From Bugula neritina (lineage: Eukaryota > Animalia > Bryozoa): a stretch of 64,000 bases of DNA. The notes below the pieces were generated by a model that was not told where the DNA came from, did not search any database, and saw nothing but the letters and a program-made list of their open reading frames with translations. The stretch covers positions 3,462,722 to 3,526,721 of the forward strand of contig OZ037766.1 in NCBI GenBank assembly GCA_964035545.1, given 5' to 3'. Below are positions 41,101 through 53,100 of the stretch, piece after piece. The translations under genes and the position numbers were made by a program. Each line of letters starts with the position of its first letter. Positions within the stretch are counted from its first letter, which is position 1.

Positions 41101-44100
41101 TCCGATGTCACACACGTTGAGATACCAGCTAAAGTATGACATCATACCTGCTCATCTTCTGACAAGAGCACTTCTAATCTCCGACAAGCTACGCTGTCAC
41201 ACAGCCTGCTGATGCCAGAGTGACTAGATGACATCATCTTGTCGATAAGCAGCACGGTGACTGCCCCACTCTGCTCGTTGTGCATGTTACGCAGACAGGA
41301 GACTACATTGTACAGTTTAGTCGGCGTCGAGTTCATGTTGTAACGTGATTGGATGGCTGAGATGAACAGGCCACTGGCAGAGGAGTTACCAAACACTGTG
41401 CTGGAATGAAAAGTCAGCCACTAATGATTTTTTCTGCATAATTACATATTTAGATTTGAAATTGATGATAATATTGTTAATACTACTTTTTTCATTAAGG
41501 CTTGCTGTTATAATAAACGTAGAAAAATTGCTTGGAGTTAGATTGATTTATCAATTTATTAAAATAACAAGAAAAGAAATATCTGACATATAAGTCAATA
41601 GGAAAAATGTTCAGCAATTATGGATCAACATTTCATAGCTATACTTATAAACTCAAAAATATTATAAACAAACATAAATATATAATGACGTACACATAAC
41701 TACACTGCAGTTTGAACTAATTGCAGTATTACCAGCTACGGTGATGCAAGATTTAGACTGAGTAGTGACCATTACACAAGTCAAGTCATTATGCTAGATA
41801 GAGGTGCACTGGTCAACTAGCTGTAACAATTACATTAGTTATACAGTGTGTAAAGAGTACCTCATAAAATCGCTGACGGGTGACTCATGCAGCTGGTCGA
41901 TGATGTCATTAACATGGTTGACGGTAAGCCAGGTGAGGTGTTCGGCATCGTGCATGTTCTCCACCACGTAGTCACAGTACATGGCCAGCCCCGTGCACTT
42001 GATTATCCTCTCATGCAGTGTTAGCAGAGGGGATACGCTGTAACAGATCAGTCACTTACCAGATACACTGTGGACAACTTCTTTTGCATGAGGGCCAAGT
42101 TCAGGACTCAGCCAAAACGAAGGGCCACATGTACACATATTAAACTTTATTATAATAAAGTAATTTGTCACCAAACCTATACTGTGCTAATCAGAGTACA
42201 TATAACAGTTTTTACTTATCTTAAGCATTAAAAGGGCCACTGAAAAATGGGCAAAGGGCCACAGGTGGCCCTGGGGACCCCAGTTTCCCACCCCTACTGT
42301 GGTGTAATGTTGACTATGATACAATCAACAGTATTTCCATCCACAGTAAAGGAAACAGACATTGTAACCACATATTTATTCATTTATAAACATTACAAAA
42401 TTCGTTAAATTGTTCCCATGTGGTTAACCCTCCATACATTGACTTCAAGTAGACTCTATTATTACAAGTTAATCAAAGTACTGGACAACTCAAAGAGTAT
42501 TACCCAAGTTCTGTGTCCTCATCTGAGTCTTTGGGGGTTCTGAGGACACTCTCCCACCAGCTATGGCTATCATAGTTGAGTAGCATGAGGATATAAGACC
42601 ACTGCAGAGTAAGGGTGGGGTAGTGTTTACCCACTAATATTATCTGATCATTAATTTCCAGAACCAGCTGATGGAGATGAGATCCCTTCACTTTCAGCTG
42701 CTCCGTCATAAACTTTGCTACTTTACGGAAATGTCCTAAAACAGCAAAATACTTTTCTAGAACGCTTTACCTGACTGTAACTGTCAATATATCACTCACC
42801 TGACCTTAGCTGTCAGTATATAACCTGACTGTAGCTGTCAGTATATAACTCACCTGACTATAAGCTGTCAGTATATCACTTACCTGACTATAGCTGTCAC
42901 TATATAACTCACTTAGCTATAGCTGTCAGTATATCACTCACCTGACTATAGTTGTCAGTATATCACTCACTTGACTGTAACTGTCAGTATACCACCCACC
43001 TGATTACAGCTGTCAGTATATCACTTACCTAACTGTAACTGTCAGTAGATCACTCACCTGACTGTAGCTGTCACCATATAACTCACCTGACTACAGCTGT
43101 CAGTATATCACTTCACTGTAGCTGTCAGTATATCACCCACCTGACTACAGCTGTCAGTATATCACTCACCTGACTGCAACATGTAGCTGGTGTAAAGGAG
43201 AAGCAGGGTAAGCTGCTGAAGGGAGAACTCATAGTCTGACTTGCTAAGGTAAGGACAGCTGAGGTCTGCATACAGCCTCTCTGTACAGAATCCCACTATT
43301 TGTGTGAGGAAACTAAAATATGACAAGAATTGCTGCAGTGTATCAGTACCCGATTTCTGGCCACATGTGTTTAGTACCAAGTGTACTTCCTCTCACATAA
43401 CAGCTAGTTGATAAATTCTCAACTACTTACACAAGATGAATAAAAAGAAGTTTTGCAAATATTTTGCATCTTATAATTAGACATAGCTTTCTATAACAAA
43501 AGCAGTTTTTAATTAGTCAAAAGGTATTAATTTTGAAAGAAGTTAGGAAACATAGTGATTAAAGTTGCGTTTATACCTTCACGATTTTCGGTCAAAATTT
43601 CAATTTGGCCGGGTTGAAATTTCTCCGAGTTGCATTGCATTGTAAAAGCCACTCGTTGAAATTTTTGTACTGTGATAACTTAATCGGCCAATTTTAGAAT
43701 AGGAGTAATAACTCCTTGTAAACATCGTTATTTAGTTATTACTTTGGCGATTAGACAACGTACTTATACGGTTATAATTATATAGCCTACGCCTTCTCAA
43801 TTATCGCTTTTATGCTTTCCGCTTCACTAATTCACGACGTTTACAAAGGGCATCAAATAGCTATTATGCGAGTCAAATTTCAATTTCAGAAAGTAAGCAA
43901 CCGCATCAATATGATTTCAACGAGTTTCAGTTTGACTATAAAGGGGTACCCGGACAAGCATTATTAACTTAAACTCGGTACTTTTTTCAGCAGAGGTATA
44001 AACGCAACTTAAGAGAATAGCTGTGCTACAGCAACAAGCAAGTTGAAAGAATTATTAAAACACGGCAAAAACATAATTTTAAAATAATTCTTGAGGTTTT

Positions 44101-47100
44101 TGCATCGGATGGGGGAGAATTATTGTTAACTATCAGCCTACACTACAAATATAAGAATTTCTACTTCGGTTATTTATTCACTGCCCAATATAATCTCAAT
44201 TTGTGTGACAGCGAACTGCATATATTCATTATATTGCAACAAGACTTTATTGTGAAGGATGAAAAGACTATCGGAACAAAACAGTAAGCCTTAGAACCAG
44301 TTTCCCAGCTACACCAGTAACGATAGACTATTGAGAGTACCTCGCTAGTAGCTCCTGTGGGAGCACAGAACCACACAATGAGCTTATTACACTCTCACTG
44401 CTCTCTGACATCTGCCTGAAGGTGCTAGTGAATTCATCTGTTGAGCTGTAGAAACTTCCAGAAGCTATGAAGCTGTTGGATAGAAGACTCCGGTCGAATG
44501 AGATCTCGAGTTCATTGAGGCGAGACAGGATCACTTCCTCTTTGCCGATGGACAGGAGCACCCTGAAGAGGGCCAGAACGGAAGAGAGCCATCTTTCCTG
44601 CATTGCCCTGCTTCCCTGGATCATAGACATAGAGTTCAATATTATTTCTTCCTTATATAGGAGGTAGGTGCAGTAATAGAAAAATTGAGAAAAGCCTGTG
44701 TTCTAGATTAAGAATGTAGGAAAAAAAGTTATGTTCTTTCAAAAATTTCAGCCCGCACCCCAAACCAAAATTTATAAAGAAATTCAAAAAACTTAGGCTA
44801 TCGCAATTTCTCCACTAATACTCCTAAATGTTATATAGAATGCCAACATATTGACATAAAACATGCTCGGAAATTACCAAAAACAAATCTAAGTATTGTA
44901 TTTATAGTTAATAAATATTCACTATAAAGTAACTTGTATTTTTACCAGATGTTCCGGCTGAGTGAACAGAGTTTTGAGGAGCATGTCTACAGGTCTATAG
45001 ACTGAGGGAGATACAGCCAGTAGAATACTCTGGAGGGAGAACATAGCGCCCCGACTTTCCAACTCAATCTGTAAGAAAACAATCAATCAGGCGTGAACAC
45101 AACTCCAAGTTGTGAGTGCACAACATAGTAGGTGTGAGAAATGCAACGAGTTCTAACCTTTTGCTTAGAAATTAAGGGAAACAGGAGATCAATGATTTGA
45201 CGACTCAACTTTTTCCACTTCTCCTCGTTATCTTTCATCAGCTGGTAAAGCACAAGAGAGAGAAGCTCAAGAACCTGTAAAAAAGATTGTTGCATTAAAA
45301 ATATACGATATAATGTGTTTGAAATTAGAAAATGGGTAATAAACTCGAAATTTTGTAGATTTTAAGGAATTAGAAAAATAGAGCTTATAGGAGATTATGG
45401 CAAAGCATATCTTCTTTAAATTAACAATAGAAGTAACTCTTATGTGGAACAACAGTCATATTTAGAATGAGTTTAGTAAAAACTGAGAACAAAGCATTGT
45501 GATTTGGCAGATGAACAGTTTTTTGGGAATGAATGAAATTATCAATAAAACACTAATTATTTACAAAACTATTTCTCAAACTAAATCATATAGTGACAGC
45601 CAAAAACTTTTGTCCTGGAAATTATTTACAAATGCTGATCTAAGCAATAAAAAATTAGCATAACTATAAAAAGTAAACTGAAAGAATTAGGTAATATTTT
45701 GAAAAATGGTTGCTTAAATAATGCATTGAATTATTAATTTAGTAACAACTGTGTACGGCAACTGCTTAATAAATTTTAGTAAACTGACTATTTTAAATGT
45801 GTTTTAAAATTGATTTTACAAGATTTTTATGAAGAAAGGCATATATTCAAATTTACAAATTAGGTTTATTAAAAAAAAGTTTATATGGCATAGTGAGAGA
45901 AAAAAAATTGAATTATCTATCAAGTCAATAAATTTAGCTGGCACTTTAAATAAAGAGAAAAGAATGATCATTTCTGATGAGAGAAAAAACCGGACAAAAA
46001 CGTCATACCTTGGTATGGTGAATAAGACGGAGTAGCATGGAGGCCGTGACCTCTCTCTGAGTCTCAATGTCATGGAAGACAGTGTCACTATTTCCAGACG
46101 TGTTGAGAGATCGACACAGAAACAGGTCCTTCACCAGCATCTCTAGAGCTGGGATGGCTGCAAGGAAACAAGAACTGCCCTGTCTCAGGTGGTCATGAGA
46201 TTCAAAAGCAGCACATCACTACTCGAATAATTCACTTAGCAGAGGTGATAGCTGCACCAAAATTGGGAAATGCTAAAATCCATGTGAACTAAACATCATA
46301 ACAAAAAATATGATATGCAAAGTAAAACTGCAAACCACTAAAATCCAATAAAATTAAAGGATGTCCAGCCAATTAGTATGGCATATTCTGCATAATAATG
46401 GCTACTATCAATTTAAAGTAACTTTTTTTAAAAATAATAAACAAATAATGCGAAAATGAAGTAGAATGTTATCAAATAGACGGTAACACTAGTAAGAGTC
46501 ATGAGTTACCATGTGTAGTGGGATTCTGCCCGCTGGCCATTACTCCATCACACAGCTGTATAATAGTGGGCACAGTGATCAGAGTCTTAGAGTGCAGCTT
46601 TTCATACGACAGCAGAAGGAGTAACTGGAATATGGAGCGTATCAGACCAGCCTGCTCTCTGTTGAATAAAGTAGGCAGTCCGTATACATTACCAACAAAA
46701 CTTACTATTGACTCTTACACTGCAACAGGGCATAAGGGGAAACAACTCTCCATGAAAGCAATTATCTAGCAATTATGTTGACAATAAAATAAATACAAGT
46801 CAAGAGATGAGAAAATAAAAAATTCATTGATCTATAAAGCAGCATATCAGTGCAATTAGAGAAGGCATTGTAGTGTATATAGTATTATCTGTACATTGAC
46901 AGCAATAATGGCGAAGGAAAGCTCAGGCAAAAAAGCTATAGAAATACAGCATTACCTTGGTGGTCCTTCACTAATCATGTCCACCTGCTTCACTAGAAAC
47001 TTTAAATACACCTAAAATTAAAAGTGCAATAAAACATATAAACATACATACTATTATGCACTGAAGTGCTTCATAAAAAGTTGTGTAAAAATAACTTTTA

Positions 47101-50100
47101 AATACTACCAGAACACTACAACATGCTTATTTCAATATATAGCTATATGAGTGAGTGAGTGAGTGAGTGAGTGAGTGAGTGAGTGAGTGAGTGAGTGAGT
47201 GAGTGAGTGAGTGAGTGAGTGAGTGAGTCAGAGAGTGAGCGAGGGATGAGCGAGAGAGTTAGTGATGAGTGAGTAGTGAGTGAGTGAGAGACTAAAGTAA
47301 ATCATTTATACAAAAAAAAAATGTTTACACAAAAATCAGTTTACCAAAGTCGCAATTATCATGCCTTAAAATCCAACTTATAAGTAGTAATTGGCCTACA
47401 TTACTGAATAAATAATGCACAAAACACAGCAACATGAGACGCAAATAAATGGACGAACTCAACAGGAAACACCAAAGAGTAAATTTGTTAGCCTACAGTT
47501 GACATATATGCAGCTCAACTAACAGCATATCCTCACCTCGTCATTGTCTAGCAGGCAGTAGTTGACTCTGAGTTGTATCAGCTGTACGAGTAGACTGAGA
47601 ACCTGAGTCTGAAGGTAAACCGAACAGTTCATAGTGTACATTTTGAGAGCTTTGATGACCAGAGGCTCAAACAGGCGAATGTATGCCCCAACAGTGTTCT
47701 GCAACAAGATTATTAGGTGATACATCAAGATAACTGAGTTGATGATGTAAACTACTTTTCATTTCAGCACCAACTGTGACTAACTAACCAATTATCATAT
47801 CTGATAACTTCACCACATCACGTAAGAATTAAAATCAGCGCATTTTAACAATTTTATAAAAGAATGATGCCCGCAGTTTAAATCGCAACTATGCATCATG
47901 TATATAACCTTCAAGATAAAAACTGTGTTCCACTGATCAGTATTTAGTGTCAATAAAGAAAAATATTTGACGGTGGTGAGGAACTGCACTACCTTATCCA
48001 CAGTAGACCCTGATCTCAGAACAGCAGGCATCTTCCTTTCCTCACATCTTTTTATCACATAGATAACACTAAAAGAATAAATTAAAACTTTACAAGTTAC
48101 TAAGAGAAAGTATATATTACAGCCATGATACTTGCTAACAAGACTTGTACGTTCAAAACAGATGTTTCCTATATCCTTAGTGTACCTTTTGTGCTCTCGC
48201 ACATTGTAAATAGCCAACAGGCAGATGGTTAGAAAGTCAGAGAAGCTTACTTGCTGTGGTCCTCGGTCTCTACTCGGTAAAGATTGTGGGCTAAAGCCTG
48301 CGCAAAGTCTGCGTAGGGAGTAGCCAAACAGGAAGTAAACAGGCCAGGTTTGATCGCCGAAGTAGCAGGATTCACACTAGCTAAGGTCACTTCCTGTGAC
48401 CTTGATATGACCTTTTTTTCGACAAGGTCTTCGTATTGACTAGAGAGATTAGTGCCGAATAGCGCCTTGAGAAGCTGAAGAATGAAGAAGCAAGATAAGA
48501 TACAGACTGTATCAAATTGCCTTCTGGTTCGTGGAATGTCTCTTTTAGACATAAACAAGAAGCACAGTAACTTTACTTGGAAAAATAATGCAAAAACATC
48601 TGTACTGAAACGTAAAACAGAAATGCACAAACTTTGTCATGAATGCTAGATATAATAGACCAAATTTAGTATGAAAAGGAAAGCGATTTACGCAGTTTTT
48701 GCAAAAACTCAATTCAAATTTTAAAATTCTAGAGCCTGCAATTTAAAAATAATAGAAACAAGCCTTCCGACTTTTGCCCTGATAAATTTAAACGCCTTAA
48801 ATAAAAGGCGCACACTGCAGCCGGAGAAAAGAGAACGTACTTGTTGCACAAGGTGAATAGCTGCGACAGGTGAGGCAAGTGTTATGGGATTTAGATAGTG
48901 CAGTATTTCCTCGGCACACTTTCCTATTTCCTGCAGACTGGCTACTTCAAGCAGCTGAGAGAATACGACTAGAGTGTGATGAAGCATGCTACTGAACTTG
49001 TCCAGTTTACTCAGACTTAGTGACACCTACAGGGAAACAGTGTACCAACAAGAGATGATAGTGTCCACCAATACTAACAGATATTCTTCAGTTCTAAGTA
49101 TTTGTCAAGATTTGAAAAGTAAAAAAATGATCACCCCAAACTTTCACAATAAAGTAGTATAAGTAGTTTTTTATGATCTTGACGTAGAGGACTACTCTTA
49201 ACTCTTTTGCATTTTCACGACTGCAAAAACTAGTTCCTCCAGTAAATTAATCCACATGTATGACATCAAAGTTGCGTTTATACCTCTGCTGAAAAAAGTA
49301 CCGAGTTTAGGTTAATAACGCTTTTCCGGGTACCCCTTTATAGTCAAACTTAAACTCGTTGAAATCATATTGATGCGGTTGCTCACTTTCTGAAATTGAA
49401 ATTTGACTCGCATAATAGCTATTTGATGCCCTTTGTAAATGTCGTGAATTAGTGAAGCGGAAAGCATAAAAGCGATAATTGAGAAAGCGTAGGCTATATA
49501 ATTATAACCGTATAAGTACGTTGTCTAATCGCCAAAGTAATAACTAAACAACGATGTTTACAAGGAGTTATTACTCCTATTCCAAAATTGGCCGATTAAG
49601 TTATCACAGTACAAAAATTTCAACGAGTGGCTTTTACAATGCAATGCAACTCGGAGAAATTTCAACCCGGCCAAATTGAAATTTTGACCGAAAATCGTGA
49701 AGGTATAAACGCAACTTAAGTGAAGGTAGCAGCTGTGGTCAAGGAGTTGAGTTGCGTTTATACCTTCACAATTTTCAGTCAGAAATTTAACTTGGCCTAG
49801 TTGAAATTTCTCCAAGTTGCATTGAATTGTAAAAGTCACTTGTAAAAATGTTTGTACTGTCATAATTGCTTCTGTGCCACATATCAATAAGTCCTTAGCC
49901 TGATTTCTATCAGGATTTCTCACAGGAATAGCGACTATAAACTTCCATGAGTTTTATGAAATTAGGTGCTGGAAAACATAAGTAATAGAACTATTACTAC
50001 AATAAATTTTGAAATTGTGACATTTTCTACATATTTTTCATGTGTAGAATAAAGTTACGCATTTTGACAAAATATGTTTTGAACAATTTAATGGAACAGG

Positions 50101-53100
50101 CTATGGAAATGAGAGCTATGGCCAAGTACAGATTATACATATATATATTGTAAGCTACTGGTACATATTTCAACGCAACAGCGAAATGATGGAAAACCTT
50201 GCAGTATTTAAAACAATAAAATAAATCACCCCAAACTTTGATTTGATCTTTAAGTAGTGAACTTGGCAGTTTGCTACAATCTTGAGATAGAGGATAACTC
50301 CTAATAATATGCATACAACAGAAAAATGATTGAAAACCTTGTAGTTGAGATGAGCTCCTTTAACAGACTCGTGTAGCTTCATGTAGAAAGGTATGTGATT
50401 AAAGGCACCTAGCACTTCTTTCTTACTCTTTACCACCTTTTCAGCTTCTATAACAGCAAACAATTAGATAACAATACTTCTACGGCAGCAAAAATTAGAT
50501 AACAATACTTCTACGGTAACAAAGAATTGGGTAACAATACTTCTACAGCAGGAAATGCTTGGATAATAATAGAATGTCACTATTAAATTCCACAGAACAT
50601 TATGCAAGGCGTTGAGGATGGCGCATCTATAATAATTGTTAAAGCAAATGTTATTGCCTCTGAATACAGCATGAATAGCTTACTAATACTAGATTTTTTA
50701 CTATCTTCATTTTCTGCATGACTATAAGCAGCTAGGAGAATTGTACAGAATTATTATATCTAAGCAAAAAAAAAGTTGATAGATATGTCAAAGCTGTAGC
50801 TAGAACCTTAACGAAAATACTGCTGGACTCCTAAAATGTTGAATGTCGCAAATATTACGAGATGAAATCAATAGAGCTATTATACATTTAATCGAATTCA
50901 ATCAAGATTTCAATGAATGCTTGATCATGAAATATTTCACAGTAACATGGTGGTATGACAGACTGGCTAGGCTGCTAGAATGAAATGCAATACAACAGAT
51001 GCTGAAATCAGCCATCATCATTATCTAGTTCATATACATGATAAAATCTAATTACCTGACTCAAGGCCCAACAATATTTAAGATACCAGTACTGAATTGG
51101 AGACTCAATTAATGTGACTATGAAGCCAGGATGAAGTTCGGATAAAACTTCTATCGTGGAATTAAAATTAAGCAACAGTTGAGTGGTATACGCCAGGAAT
51201 TATGAACAGCCAATAAAATAAAGACATGAATTGGAACTTATGCAGGGACACTGTAGAGAGCTATAACTGACAATTACTATGGATGCAACTTTGCAACTGG
51301 AGCCAGAAGTGCACACAACTCCACGCAAGTAAATAGGCATGACAATCTCATCTATGCTTGATCCACGAACTTGATTATCAGAAGCAGCACTAGCCTCAGG
51401 GTTAATAATTAATTAATTAAAATATATACAGTGGTCGCTATCAGCAAGCCTAGTTCTTATGTCAAAAAGTATGTTTGATAGTTAAAATAAGTACACAATT
51501 GGCGCATTAAGTAAGAATTGTCTCATTTTCATCGTAATACAATGTCATGCCATTAAGCATATTTATCAATTGTTTAGATTTATATTTATGCTATTGCAAA
51601 TGATTTTGAATAAATGAAGAACACCAACAAAGGTATCAATTAAATACTTGATTAAAAGTTAAAAAGGAAGGCTGAGTGTAAAAGAGACTAAAGAATTATG
51701 ATGAAATAAAGACAAGTAGCATAATTATGCACTTGAACGTAGAGGTCAAAGGTTGCATTGCAGTGGCTTTACCCTTTTTTGTTCCTAAACATGACTTGTA
51801 AAATATTTGGCTGTGTAGGTGTGGCTTACATCTAAGGCATTATGCAATACATAGCGTCTAACATAACTTGTAACTGGAATTTAAAATATTGCAATTTAAA
51901 ATAAACTGAGTTTGTGCATATTGAACTGCAATAGAAAGCAACATGGATCATTTCGCTGCAGCTGCCTGGACTTTGGTTTTCATATTCTGTGCTGCCTACA
52001 GCCTCGAGATCAAAGAAAGATTTTATGGATTAAATGGCTTCGTGGATACCATCTTAATAAATAGAGAACCATATGCAAAGTTGGATGATGTAGTGATAGG
52101 CGGAGATGGATTTGATTATGTCCAGTGTGGTGATACTAATGTAACAGTAGAACTCAGTGAGCACCACATGCTATTACCAAATATCTTTACACTACGTGGA
52201 TGCAAAAGGATTGAATGCGGAACCATGATTGGGCTTCCAAGAATTATTTCAGGTTATGTTGAATGCAACACAACCAATGTGGCTGTTCCAGATGTTTTGC
52301 CCTTTACTTACTTGACCACATACAACGTGACCTCTGATTATGTGAGGATTTATCCAGATGTATCCAACATGTCAGTATTAAACCAAATACTTGGAGCATG
52401 TAATGAAAACGAAGATATATCTATAGACATTATGGCTGTGAATAGTGATAGAGTAACAGTAGATTGTTTAAATTCTACTGAAAATCCACTAGTAAGAGTG
52501 TTGACTGCATCTATAGAAGTTGGAGCATGTGTTGGAGACTGTGAAACCACTTGGAGAAAAGCCTTACAATCTAGAGAATTTGGCTGTAATTATACAAGTA
52601 CAGCAGAAACACGCCGCAACATCACAGTGGCTGAAGACAGTGTGACCGTGTCCAGCGTGTCCATCGAGTCAGATCCGATTTACTTGCTTTACAAGTGTTC
52701 ACCGAAAGCTACCACTACTACCACTGAAAGCACCACAACCAAAAAAATTACCACACCAACAACTCAAAAAATAACAACACATGCACAAACTGAAGTGGAA
52801 ATCATAACTATAGCCAAACCTCAAACTAGACTAATAACCAGAAGCACTAATAAAATAATTATCACTACAGGTGCAACCACAGAAGAGGAAACTGTGAAAG
52901 CAGAAATCAAAAAATCAAAGAGTGGGTCAATAAATGGATGTAAGAAGAATGCAATACTAATGCTTACAGCTATAACCTTGGCAATGGTGAAGTGAGATTG
53001 GGCCTGCAGTCAAATTAAGTCACCAAACAAATTGAAAAACAATTAGCACCAACGCTCAGGGTGAACTTGGAAGAATGAGCTAAAGATTTATTAAAAAAAC

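Noticed and set aside
49558-49923. 121-aa ORF as possible transposase
   Set aside because: Spans two non-coding MITE ends; no DDE motif.
50800-51400. Coding-like composition upstream of the nested genes (possible decayed gene or retroelement)
   Set aside because: Frames examined are interrupted by stops and show no recognisable motif; needs tblastx to assess.
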